Assembly (NCBI RefSeq): GCF_048593235.1
Contig: NC_133622.1
Coordinates: 251,600,055-251,664,054, forward strand
From: Sminthopsis crassicaudata
Taxonomy: Eukaryota
Length of the DNA stretch: 64,000 nucleotides
Reading direction: 5' to 3'
The notes beneath the pieces are model-generated. The model was not told where the DNA came from. It was given only the letters and a program-made list of their open reading frames with translations, and searched no databases. Of this stretch, positions 1 through 18,169 are shown in pieces. Position 1 is the first letter of the stretch. The number at the start of each line of letters is the position of its first letter. A program made the position numbers and the translations under genes.

Positions 1-371
1 GGGGTTCAGCCCCAGTAACCCCGACTGTGAGGGTTTGCGCCTTGGGGGTGCAGCAGGAGCAGGGGCCACGGGGGCCTAGGAAAAGGGCAGCAGAGGTTAC
101 AGCGGAGAGACAGAGGTGGGGGGTGCAGGGTAGGAGTGTCATGTACCAGCTGAATCTGTTGGCACTGCTGACCCGGTTTTGTTAGTTCAGGGGAGGGGTA
201 CGTGGAGCATGGGAACGAAGAGCTAAGAAAAGGGAAGGGAGTAGAGGGCCCCCTCCTCTGGGTTTTTTGAGCCAGAGCCTGGCCCGCAGGCCCTGGTTCA
301 CTGGGAATCTCTGGGACACTGGGCAGCCCTGGGGCGGGCATCCCACCCTTCCGTTCTGGTTCTTCCTGCAG

Positions 372-2678
372 GATGAGAAGGGAGCTTTCAACTTTGACCA
401 GAACACTGTGATCAACCCAGAAACGGGGGAGCAGGTGAGGGGAGCATAGAGAAGGGTTACCCTATGACCCAAGGGAAGAGCACATAGGGCAGTCCTGGGG
501 AGCCCCCCACCAACTGGAGGGGAATAGGCGAGGGGGGAGCAGCTGGGCAAGCCCCAGGGCAAGGAGGCCGGGGAACCAGCAGCCCGTCTCCTCCCCCCTG
601 CCTCACCTCGCCCCCAGATCAGGAGCTGGTACCGGAGTGGCGAGACCTGGGACAGCAAATTCAGCACTATCGCCTCCAGTTATGAGGAGTGCCGGGCTGA
701 GAGCGTGGGGCTCTACCTCTGCCTCCACCCCCGAGTCCTGGAGTAAGAATGGGCTGGGCTGGGGCAGGGCCAGGGGGCTCTGGGACCCAGGATGGGCCTG
801 TGAGGGGGCTGGGCAGGGCCGGGGGGCTCTGGGACCCAGGATGGGCCTGTGAGGGGGCTGGGCAGGGCCGGGGGGCTCTGGGACCCAGGATGGGCCTGTG
901 AGGGGGCTGGGCAGGGCCGGGGGGCTCTGGGACCCAGGATGGGCCTGTGAGGGGGCTGGGCAGGGCCGGGGGGTTCTGGGACCCAGGACAGCCCTATGAG
1001 GAGGATGGGCCTGGGCGCCCCTGATTACCAGCCTGGCTTCCTCCAGGATCTTTGGGCTGGACGGCCCTGAGGCGGAGGACGTGGTCTATGTGAACTGGCT
1101 GAACATGGTGCGGGCCGGGCTGCTGGGCCTGGAATTCTACACCCCCGAGACATCCAGCTGGAGACAGGTAGGGGCCCACCGGGTGATGAGGGTGGGTGTG
1201 GGAATGGGGGTGGAAGCGGGGGGTGAGTATGAGGGGTGAGGGGGCTGGGCACGGCCCGGGCCCCTCAGAGGTCTTTTGGCTGTTCCCTTCTCCTCTCCCT
1301 GCTTTGGGGAGGGGTCAGAAGAGTGAGGGTCCCTTGGGCTGAGACCTGACCTGGTCGCCACAGGCGCATATGCAGGCCCGCTTCGTGATCCTGAGGGTCC
1401 TGCTGGAGGCCGGGGAGGGCCTGGTCACGGTGGTCCCCACCACCGGCTCCGACGGGCGGCCAGATGCCCGGGTCCGCTTGGATCGGCACAAGATCCGCTC
1501 GGTTGGCAAGCCTGCCCTGGAACGGTTCCTGCGGCGACTCCAGGTGAGCAGAGGCTCCTCTGCCCTTTGCCCTTCACTCGGGCCTTAAGGGAAGGGCCGG
1601 GGGGCCCTGAGCAGAAGGCCCCACTGAGGCCGTCCCATTGGCTGGAGAAGCCCCCATCCTTGCTGACTGTCCAGCAGGTCCTTTCCAGCATGTTGCACCC
1701 CCCCACCATGTTTGCCCAGGCTGTGCCCCTGGCCTGGGATGCCTTCCCTCAACCCCAGGCCCTCCCCCCCAATCACCCGGCACTTCACAGGACACCTGGC
1801 ACTAGCTGGGGCTTAGTCAATGCTCGTTGCTTGATTGACGGGAGAACTAAAAGGCCTTGACTTGGAGGCTTGCTCCCTAACCCGTACCTCAATTTCCCCA
1901 TTTGTAAGGGGCCAGGTGACACCTGATACCTCCTCCCCCCAGGTGCTGAAATCGACAGGTGACGTGGCCGCTGGGCGGGCGCTCTACCAGGGCTACTCCG
2001 CGGTCACCGACGCTCCCCCCGAAAACTTCCTCGCCCTCCGCGAGACAGTGCTGCTGCGCAAGGAGGCCCGCAAGCTCATCGTGCAGCCCAACACCTGCCT
2101 GGAAGGTAGCAGCTCACGCCCCCTGGGGTTCAGGCCCTGCCTCTGGCTCAGGCTCCATTTGTAGCAGGAGCAGGCGGGAAATGGGCTGGGGAGTGCCCTG
2201 GGCTTGTTGGGGGCTGGGTAAGGGATCGGGAGAGCCACAGGGGCCAGGTACTGCCCATGCTGGGGATGGGCCCAGGGTGACCCAATGGGCCAGCCAGGGA
2301 GACTTTGGTCCTGCCGTCCAGGCGCCCATCCCACAGGCACCCCCTCCTCTGCCACTGCCATCCTCCTTCCTTAAGCTGTTGCTGAAGGGTGCACAGAGGG
2401 TTTGGGGCCAGGGAGCACTGCCCCCCCCCCCAGGTGTTCATGCGCTCAGAGGCCTGGTGGGCCCAGAGTGGGAACCTGCTGAGGACCCTCTGCTCCCCTC
2501 CCCAGGCTCCCAGGTGCAGCTCCTGGAGTACGACGCCTCGGCCGCTGGCCTCATCCGCTCCTTCTCGGAGCGCTTCCCCGAGGACGGGCCCTTGCTGGAG
2601 GACGTGCTCACGGGGCTGGCCAAGGCCGATGCCCACTTTTGGAGGGGCCCCACCGTGGTCGCAGCCCCCCGGGCCTGA
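372..2678 (+). CDS. DPP3: Dipeptidyl peptidase 3, 3' part (5' exons lie upstream of the window)
   Basis: Exons 372-434, 618-742, 1047-1167, 1364-1543, 1943-2105, 2506-2678, all GT-AG, joined 825 nt in frame to TGA. Peptide [52 protein letters not shown]...[10 protein letters not shown] contains the M49 EECRAE zinc-ligand motif (684-701) and the KEAP1-binding ETGE motif (420-431). Confidence 0.97.
760..990. repeat. 49-bp G-rich minisatellite, ~4.5 copies, DPP3 intron
   Basis: Unit CTCTGGGACCCAGGATGGGCCTGTGAGGGGGCTGGGCAGGGCCGGGGGG recurs at 778, 827, 876, 925 and (variant) 974. Confidence 0.95.
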
Positions 2679-4075
2679 AGAAGCTCAGCTTCACCCACCC
2701 TGTGCCCTCCTCCCTCGGGGCCCTCCCTCGCTCTGCCGGAGTTGACGGGGCCTTTGTGCCTGGGCCTGGCCTTTGCCTCCTTCCACCTCCTCCTGAGGTC
2801 AGCCAGAAGGGCCTGCGGGAGCCCGTTTCAGATGTGCCACCTGTCCAGGACCCCGGGCCCAGCCTCTCCTTTCAGAGCCAGCTTCCTCTTCTGCCTACCT
2901 CTCACAGGGTTGTTGTGAGGAAAGTGGTTTCTAACCTTTAAAGAGCTAGCCAAACAGGAGTGCTGACCACTGAGCTTCCTTTCCCCCACATGTGCCCTGG
3001 GGTCTGGGGGGGGGCCTCTGCCTCCAACTTGGAGGAGGGTGGGGAGACACAGGCCTTAGAGCTGGGACTTTGGGATGTAGCATATGGAATGTCAGAACTG
3101 GAAGGCTAAGTCATTGAGCATTTATTAAGCAGGTACTGCATGCCAGGCTACAAGTAAGGGCAGAGGACAGCACACCTGCCCTCAAAGCTCCCTGTCTGGC
3201 GGGGGACACAGTGGGCAGACGGGCACAGGCAGAACCAGGACAAATGGGAGGCAGCCGAGGGAAGGCTCTGGGCTTGGGAAGCAGGATGGCTTCTTGTAGC
3301 TGAGACTTAGAGGCCACGAGGCAGATGCCCACGAGGAGGCCGACAATTCCAGGCTCAGGGAGTAGCCGGAGCCCCCTAGGGACAGCAAGGTGGCCCTTGT
3401 GACTGTACAGGAAGGGGCCGGCCCCGAAAAGGGTTAACTGGGACCCGGAGGGGCTGGGGAGCCCGGGGAGAGGCGGGATTAGGGGGTGACACGGCCAGCT
3501 GACAGCTCAGGGCAGGAAGGCTGCAGTGAGGGCACCCTGGAGGCGGGACCATCCAGGACTGCAGGGCAACTTGGAACAAACCCCGAAACTGGCAGCGGGG
3601 AGGGACCCAGAACCCAGGGTGTGGGAGCCCATGACCGGGAGGGAAGGCACAGGACGGGCCATGCGGCAGCAACTGGAGAACTCGGAACATGGGACGTCCG
3701 AGCTGTGGAAAACCTTAAAACGGAACCTAGAATGATGGGGGAAGGGCCTTGAAACGCTAGAACGGCCCGGAGTAAGGGGGGCGCCACGTGCACGGTCAGG
3801 GGTGGAAGGCCAGCGCCGAGATCCGCCTTCCGAAGAGGAGAGCCGGGCGGAGCAGCCCCAGACTATTTCACTGCTAACGTGCAGCAGAGTAGGGAGCCGC
3901 AGACGGCTGGCGCAGGCGCGTTGCTGTCGGGTTCTGCGGCTGCGCAGTACGCTCTCCAGAGTTCTTCCTGGAACCTAGGCGCGCTGCTCCCAGAGCCGAC
4001 GGACTGCCGGGAGGAGGGCGCCGGGGCGGAGCCGCTGGGAGGATGCGTCCGTTGTCCGGGGTGATGGAGAATAAG

Positions 4076-10666
<6,591 letters not shown>

Positions 10667-10854
10667 GCCCAGCACTGGCCAGGAGTGAGCAGCAGCCAGG
10701 CGGCAGCCTCCATGTGGAGGCTGCCATGGAGGCCAGCCCTGGAAGGAGCTGTGGAGGCAGCTCCTCCCTGGCACCTGGGGCAGCCTGAGGATCCTGTCTC
10801 TCTGAGCAGCTGGCACTTCTGCTTTCCCCTCCCCCTTCACTGCCATCCACTGTT

Positions 10855-11212
10855 ATTAAAGGGGTGAGGAGCCTCCGACACTCTGGCCTCTTTCTCATTA
10901 AGGACAGGGCCCCCCCTGCCCTCAGTTCCCGGGCGCTGAGCCCCACACCCCTTCCACTGTGGCTCAGGACCTCTGGCGTTTGACAGGGCCTCCAGTTTGT
11001 GCCAGCCAAGCCACGTTGGGGGGAGAGCGCCACAGTATCACACGGCAAACATTTATTAAGCCCTTTCTGTGTGCCAGGCACAGTGCTCTGGGATGGAGCC
11101 GCCAATCCTCAGGGACAACCTGAGGCGGAGTCCCACGGACAGAGGAGAGGGGGCAGGGCCTCTCCAGAAATGGAGAACGGCAGTCCAGGCAGCCACTGAT
11201 GAACCCAATAAA
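10855..11212 (+). terminator. Candidate BBS1 poly(A) signals
   Basis: ATTAAA at 10855-10860 and AATAAA at 11207-11212, downstream of the stop at 10666. Confidence 0.6.
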
Positions 11213-12016
11213 ACCCTGGTACCGGAACTCCAGAGAAGTGCTGGGCTTTGTGAGGGTGGTGGGCAGCCAAGGGCACCACAGGGCAGGAAGCCGCACGACC
11301 CTAGGAAAGGCATTCAACCCATCTGCCCCTCAGTTTCCCCATTTGTAAAATGGGGACAAAACCACCCCTAGCCCCCTAGGATTGTGAGGATCAACTGAGA
11401 GCAATTCTCAAATGGCAAAGCTTCCCTCAAAGCCTCCCCCAGCCCCCCATGATGCTGCATGTTCCAGAGCCAGAGGTCAAGGAACAAGAGGCGGCAGAGT
11501 GCCAAGTAAAGGGCCTGGCCCTGGGCCTGTGACCCCAGGGCGGCACCTCGCCAGCCCGTTTCCTCAACTGTCAGTCAGAGGCCTCGGCCTCGGTCAGGTC
11601 TACCTCAGGCGGGAAAAAGCTCGGCCAAGCAGGGCTCCCCCAGGGAAGAAATGTCCCCCAGCAGAGTGACGCTGCCCACCTTGGGGAGCCACCTGGGAAG
11701 GCAGCAGGTGGGGGCCCCTTGGCCCTGCCACCACACTGATGGGGAATTGCACAGAAGCCAGGCGAGGGAGGCAGCTGTACACAAAAGAAGCCTGAGGATG
11801 GGCGCCCCCTACCAGAAGGAGCTGCAGTCCCCAGACTTCTGTGACCCCATTTGCTCACTAGCAAATGGGTAGTGAGGAAAGGCCTCCCCTCCCCTGGCAC
11901 TCTGGGCACTCCCCTCCACCCAAAACCCTGGCCATGCCCACTGTGGCCGACCCTGGCGCAAAACCTCCGCTCCCCCAAAGACAGCCCCCACGCAGCAGCA
12001 GGAGTAACTTCAAGGC

Positions 12017-12022
12017 TTTATT
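12017..12022 (-). terminator. ZDHHC24 poly(A) signal
   Basis: TTTATT on + (AATAAA on -), ~215 nt after the stop codon. Confidence 0.75.
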
Positions 12023-12237
12023 GTAGCGGGGACTGGGGCCGACAGCCCGCCCCTGTCCTGGCCGTGGGGGCAGGAGTAGTGCCAGGGAGGACAGAACACG
12101 GGGCTTGAGGGCCAGGCAGGAAGGGGGAAGGGAGGGCCCTGCTGGGTGGGGGCGCAAACCTGGAGAGCTCAGGCGGGCGGGGAGCAGCCCAGGACACTCC
12201 TCAGCCCCCAGTCCGTAATCCCCAAGGGCAACGCTCC

Positions 12238-15234
12238 TCACTCGGCGGTCTGGAAAGTGATGCCGTCCCCGGGCAGCGGGGAGGACAGGAAGGGCCAGAG
12301 CCATACCAGGAGCCAGCGGGAGCCCAGGGCAGCCTCCATGTTCCGCCGGGGGCCCAGATCGTAGAGGCGCTGGCCGTGGGCCCACTCGCGGGTGGTCTGG
12401 CCGCGCAGCAGCAGCATCCCGTGGAAGAGGAGCCCTGCCCCGCAGAGCAGGGCGCCCGCCACGCACGTGTCGGCTATGAAGGCCAAGGCGAACTGGGCTG
12501 GGGACACGCCACCTGCAGGGAGCACACAGCAGGGGGCCGCTGGGGCTAGGCCGGGGGGGTGCCTCCTTGCAGCCCCGGCCCGGCCCCCTGCCCCCCCCAC
12601 GGCCCTCACCGGTGAGCAGCATGAGCCAGGGCAGCAGCAGCAGCGTCACAGCGTGCAGCTGGGAATGGGCCCGCAGCAGGAGCCCCAGGGCCGGGCCCAG
12701 CAGGGCCGTGACGTGCAGCAGCAGGCCGGCCCCGTGGAACAGCAGGCACAGGAAGGGCCGGTAGTTGCTGAAGCCCACGCAGCGGCCCAGCAGCAGGCAG
12801 TGGTGGTCCCGGCGCAGGACGCAGACCCTGCAGGCCGGGCAATGGCCGCTGCGTGGGGGCACCTGGCTCTGGCACTGGTAGCAATAGCTGCAAGGCAAGG
12901 GAGGCCCCATGAGCCCCAGCCCCCCAAGCCACGCCCCCGCTGGCCTGTCCTCCAGGGTGCCTCTTCTGCTCCCATTCCCAGGGACTCTACAAAGCCCTTC
13001 TCCGCGGCGGGGACTCCCTGTGTGGAAGCTCCCTCCCCCAGAGCAATCTGCTGCCAGCGTGGATTGTGGGCAGAACTTCCTGACTCCAAGGCTGAACCAC
13101 TCTCCTCTCCGAGACAGCTAATGTAGTCCTCAGTCCCATTTCCCAGATGAGCAAACTGGAGCTCTGAGGGGTCGGGGAATCTGCCAGGATCAGACTCCCA
13201 GCGCTTCGCCCCAGAGCCCCCCATTCCCAAAGCCAGGCAGCCTCCCACTGGGACCCTCCCAAAGGCTCCTGGGGGACAGAAGGCTCCCCTACTCTGCCCT
13301 GAGCTGGTCCTGGGTCGGTCACTTTTTGATGGCATCGACTCCATTTTCAGGTGAGGATTTAGACCCAGTTAAGGTCAACAAGCGAGCAGAAAGAAAGGTG
13401 GCTCGCCCCCCCCTGCACCTGTCCCCCTCCCGGGACCCCTCAGCACCCACAGACCGCACTCCCATCACCTCTCAGGCGGCGGCCCGAGGCTGTACAGAAC
13501 CGACATGCTCCGGCTCTCGGGGTCTCTACAGAACTGAATAAATGTTCCCTCGAGTTCCCCATTCCCCATCGCCAGCACGTCATTTGTCTAGTGCCTCGGT
13601 GGAACAGGCCCCAGACCGCACTGCACAGGGGGCTCAGAAAGCCCCAGGACCCTTCCCCCACAACCAAACCCAGAGGGGCGGAACCTCTCGGTACTCAGGC
13701 CACGTCCAGAAGGAGCTGGCAGCTGCCACCAGCCTGGGGACTCCCACCCTGCTCCCCCTCATTCCCTGGACTCCCAAGGCCAATTACAGCATCATGGAGC
13801 TGAACCTCCGCTCTCTGTGCCCAACGAATGGCCACCCCAGCACCCTCAGCTTCGGGGTCCCCTCAGCCAGTGGTCCCTGGGCGGCATTTTAGGGGAGACC
13901 CCCCCTCCCCTTGGGGGAGCAGTGTCACTCCAGGCCTGACCCAATGTAAGCTCCTCCAGGGCAGGGGCTGTGGCGCTTGTGCCCCCCCTAGGCCACGAGG
14001 AAACTCCCCTGAAACGTCATCGATCCTGCTTAAACCTTGCTGCCAGTGACGGCCGGCCTCTGGCCCCAAACCGTGACCCCGAGGGCTGGGGCTCCCAGCA
14101 GCACTAGCGGGACTCCCCAAATCTTGCACAACTCCCGTGCCACCTGCATCCCTAATCAAGACTGAAAAAGAGGCAGAGCACTCAGCAGGGCCCGGGAGCA
14201 CCAACGCAAACCAGTGCCTGTCTGTTCTGAGGACTGGCCCACGGGGAGCCTCCACCTGGGCGAGTGTGGGCCGCCCCCAACTTCTAGAGGCAGGCCCCTC
14301 CCATGCCAAGTGACCACAGCCTCTGGTGGGCCTTTGGGGCGGCCCCGAGCAGTGCCCGCCCTTAGGAGACTTCTGTCCCAACAAAGGCCAAAAGGGAGGT
14401 TCAGAGAGGCAGGACTCCACCCCGAGGCCCCCCTTTCCTCTCCCAGAGTCTGTCTGACTTTTCTCCTCACCCACCAGGAGGCAGCAGAGGTCACTCGGGG
14501 CGCTCCTGCATGCCCACCTTGGGTGCCAGCCCCCGATGCTCCCTGGCACCCAGGGGAAAGAGGGCAAGGATGGCTATTTGGATACCCAGGCCTTAGCATA
14601 CATTAGGCGATTAATAAATGTTCATCATCACCATCCCAGTGACCTTCCTATGGGGATGAATCTGAAAATCCCTTTCCATTCCTGATCTCTTCGGGGTCCT
14701 GGGATAAGGTCATTATCTCCTCCATCATAGGCGGGGAAACAGGGGTTGTCCCAGGCATGGTCTGCACCCTACTTCATGGTGGGGGGGGGAAATACGGGGT
14801 GAGGCTGCCCTTGGCCCAAGGAGAAGGCCCTCCCAGGGAGGCTGGATTGGAACCCGGGGCGGAAATGGGCCGCAGGGTGGGCACAGAGGGGGGGAAAGGG
14901 GGTGTACACGCACCCTGGGAGGGGGCGCCCCTCCCCCCTTCCGGCGCATGCGCACTCACTCCCAGCCGCGGCCCAGCGCCCGGCCCGCCAGCACCACTCC
15001 GCCGATGCCCGGGTCCCGGAGCAGGAAGAGGGCCGCGTTGCCCAGCACGTTGAGCAGCTGGAAGGCGGCCAGCAGCAGGTGCAGCGCCCGCGCCAGAGGC
15101 CCGGCGGCCGGCAGCCCCGGCCCGTGCTGCAGCACGTAGCCCAGCTCCAGCGCTACGGCGGCCGCCCACAGCGCCGTCAGCAGCAGCGGCAGCCGCTGGC
15201 CCCGGCCGCCGCCCGCGGCCCACACCGCGCCCAT
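12238..15234 (-). CDS. ZDHHC24: DHHC palmitoyltransferase ZDHHC24, 275 aa
   Basis: Exons (-): 15234-14960, 12887-12610, 12512-12238 (828 nt, in frame). MGAVWAAG...LPLLLTALWAAAVALELGY, the cysteine-rich domain YCYQCQSQVPPRSGHCPACRVCVLRRDHHCLLLGRCVG, and C-terminal PLPGDGITFQTAE. Confidence 0.96.
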
Positions 15235-15550
15235 GGCCCGCCGCCCGTCGTCGCCCGAGGGGCCTCCCGCGGCCTCCGCCGCCGCCAGCGCCGCCGCCCC
15301 GCCCGACCCCGGCCGCGCAGGAGCCGCCGCCCCCGCCGGGGCCTCGCGCCTATCAGAGCCCGCGGGCCGCCGCCCAGCCCAATGCGCAGCGAGCGCCTGC
15401 CGACGCCGTGGTCTGATTGGACGGTGGGATGAGCCAATGAGAACGTGCGCGAGCGGAGCCCGCGAGCCCAAGCTTCGGCCCCTCGAACCTCCCCGAGGCC
15501 CCGCCCCCTCTCCTGGGCCCCGCCCTCCGAGAGCACAGCTTCTCGGGGCC
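14750..15550 (-). promoter_or_regulatory. ZDHHC24 CpG-island promoter
   Basis: CpG-dense. CCAAT boxes at 15379-15383, 15416-15420 (ATTGG) and 15434-15438. ETS CTTCCGG (14938-14944) and NRF1 GCGCATGCGC (14944-14953) just inside intron 1. Confidence 0.75.
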
Positions 15551-15600
15551 AGGAGCCAGCCCCACAGATCTGGTCCAGCCTCTGCCAGGGGTGGAGGCTA

Positions 15601-15730
15601 GGTCCTGGGTTCAAATCTCATCCTTGCCACTCGTGGGGGCCTTGTCTCCTCCCCGAGCCTCAGATGGTCCTGGGTTCAAATCTCATCCTTGCCACTCGTG
15701 GGGGCCTTGTCTCCTCCCCGAGCCTCAGAT
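15601..15730. repeat. Perfect 65-bp tandem duplication of a MIR-like segment
   Basis: 15601-15665 is identical to 15666-15730 and includes a B-box-like GGGTTCAAATC. Confidence 0.9.
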
Positions 15731-16699
15731 TTCTTTCAGTGCCTTTGCTCCCCCTTGATGCCTGTCCTGCCCATCGCGGGTTTGTCCACGTGTCTGAGGT
15801 CCTCCTGGGCAGGAACCGGCCTTTGCCCTTTTGGGTAGCACGAGGCACACAGCAGGCGCCTGATAAATGTTCAGTGATTCGCCTGTAAGATGAGCCTCCC
15901 TTTAAGCAGCAGGAGATCTCCGACCGGTCCAGCTTCCACCTGCAGAGCTCGGGGGCCAGGGAGGTCGCTGCTGCCCTGGGGAGCCTCTCTGTTCCACTTT
16001 TAGACAATTTGGGATAATTACCAGGAAGTTTTTTCCTGTCACAGCATTTCTAAAGATCTTCGATCTCATTCTCCTCAAACATGCAGATGCAAGCCGGCCT
16101 GCCTGCCCATGCTCCCACAGACGCGGAATGCTGGGGTGAGGGTAGGGCAAGGAATCTGCCCCGATCCCTTCATGCTGCCTGGACACGAGTGAATCATGCC
16201 ATCTGCTGTCCCATGATCCCTTGTAAAACGGAGATAATACCAGCACCTGCCTGGTTGTTGTGAGCATCAAATGAGTTACATGTGAATGCTTCGCAAATTG
16301 CAAAATGTCAGATGAATTTGAGCTATTATGAGCTCACCGAAGGAGCAACTCAACTTCTTTCCACTCCACACATGTTTCTCCTGGAGTCCCTCAGGCCCGA
16401 GGCAGCAGCACAGGCCCCGGGACATTGCTGAGTGCAGCCCAGACCAGATTCAGCTGGAAATAGTGAACGAAATAAATTTAAACGCCCCGAAACATAGATA
16501 AGGCCGTGTGTGATTTTCTACATCAATATGTAGCCCACAGAGATTCTTAGGTCCTATCTAGGGGCCCCGTTTCTGAATCGGAAACGGCTGCCCTGGCCTG
16601 GTCTCAGTCAGTGGGGCAAGAACCATCTCCTGTTCCTTCCTGAGTAATATGCTGAATCCTCCTGAAAACCACCTCACCTCCGCCCTTCGGACGCCACTC

Positions 16700-17990
16700 A
16701 GCCTTAGTCTTCACAGCCCTTGAGAGCCATTCCACAGCATCACTGGAAGACAGTTCTCTGGTACGCAGCTCAGTGCGGGTTCTTGCCCCCTCCAGCCAAG
16801 TAGAACAAATCCAAGAGGTTTCTCCATGCGGGTCCTTCAACTAAAGGAAGACATCTCCCTCAGTGGCTCGTGCTAAAACGTTTCTCCTCGCTGCAGCTGA
16901 TCCACACAGGACACGGCCTTCAGAGGGTCTCCAACGTGTCAACGTCCTCCCTAAAACACGGACCCCGAACTGAGCAAAATACTCTAGAGTTGTTCTCACT
17001 GGAGCAATGACCATCTGTGAAGCACCTGCTGTGTACCACAAGCACTTGCTTCCCTGACTGAATGAAATGAAATAGAGTGTATGCTCCTTAGGAGTAAAGA
17101 ATATTACATTTCTGTACCTTGGGCTTAGCGCAGGGCAGGCATCTGGGACAGACCAGCTCCCTCACTTTACAGATGAGGAGACACATTAAGTGACTTGCCT
17201 AAAGTCACTCAGCTAACACTTCCTGAGGAAAAAGACAGCGTCATGTGTTCCTGGCTTGGAGGCCAATCTTTTAGGCTGTATTTCTTAGTGTAAATTCCCT
17301 CTTTGGGTTCCCCTGTTATGTTGTTGACTTGGTTCCAGTTCTTAACTCACTAAAACACTCCACTATTCTCCATCTTGTACTTGTTAGACTCCAATTCTAT
17401 TACACTTCAGTGCATGGTCCAAGCCCGTAAGAGTCTGGACACCCCCTTCTTTTTTTTTTTTTTTCCTGAGGCTAGGTTAAGTGACTTGCCCAGGGTCACA
17501 CAGCTAGGAAGTGTTAAGTGTCTGAGACTAGATTTGAACTCGGATCCTCCTGAATTCAGGGCTGGTGCTCTATCCACTGCGCCACCTAGCTGCCCCTGGA
17601 CACCCCCTTCTTGGTCATTCTTTCTTGTTTTCTGTCATCAGCAAACCCGGTGTGTCATCGAAGCCTTCATCCAGGTCACAGATTTTTAAAAGTTCTCAGA
17701 TCCCTGTGGGATTCCCCTGGAGAACTCGACACTGCACTGACCACCAAGGGGTCTTTGGGAGGCTTCAACAGTCTTAGGCCACCAATCCGTTTCAGTTCCA
17801 CCCAACTGGGCTTTGCTGCAGCTGAGAGCTCTCCAGCCATCTCGTCCTGGAACCATCTCTGGAAACTTTTACCAGGTGTTTTACTCCAGATTACCCCCAA
17901 CAAGTCTTCCCCTGATCTGCTGGAGGGACAATCCTGGCAAAAAAGAAAACGGGTAAATCTGGCCCATCTGGGTCTGGGGCGGTGACTCTT
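16700..17990 (-). mobile_element. Probable ancient CR1/L3 LINE fragments (interrupted by a SINE)
   Basis: Segments such as CCCTAAAACACGGACCCCGAACTGAGCAAAATACTC (~16950) and TCATCAGCAAAC...CCTTCATCCAGGTCA...CAGATCCCTGTGG (~17635-17710) resemble recalled antisense L3/CR1 RT-end consensus. Not verified by search. Confidence 0.45.
17450..17596 (-). mobile_element. Full-length tRNA-derived marsupial SINE (WSINE1/SINE1-like) with TSD
   Basis: Reverse complement reads GGGGCAGCTAGGTGGCGCAGTGGATAGAGCACCAGCCCTGAATTCAGGAGGATCCGAGTTCAAATC...CTCAGGAn. Perfect TSD TGGACACCCCCTTC at 17436-17449 and 17597-17610. Confidence 0.9.
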
Positions 17991-18169
17991 GGTGATCACT
18001 GCTTCCTTTCCCGGATTCCACCCGTCCCCTCTCCTATGGCTTTGCCAGGAAAGGACCCGGAACTCAGGGTCCCCGGGATGGAGACTCTACCTCTCTGCAA
18101 ACATGGGCGTCATTTGTGCATTTCCAATCCCTCTGCCCTCTCCCTTGGGGGCGTGTGTCAGAGGTCACT

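Noticed and set aside
2096-2098. DPP3 Cys at the human Arg678 position
   Set aside because: I recall this position as polymorphic in humans and non-catalytic. The substrate-binding Arg669-equivalent is intact.
11858-12910. 350-aa minus-strand ORF
   Set aside because: ZDHHC24 exon 2 plus read-through into GC-rich intron and out-of-frame exon 3/UTR. Explained by the spliced model.
15235-15471. 79-codon in-frame upstream extension of ZDHHC24 from TTG
   Set aside because: No ATG, overlaps the CCAAT promoter, and stop-free stretches are expected at this GC content.
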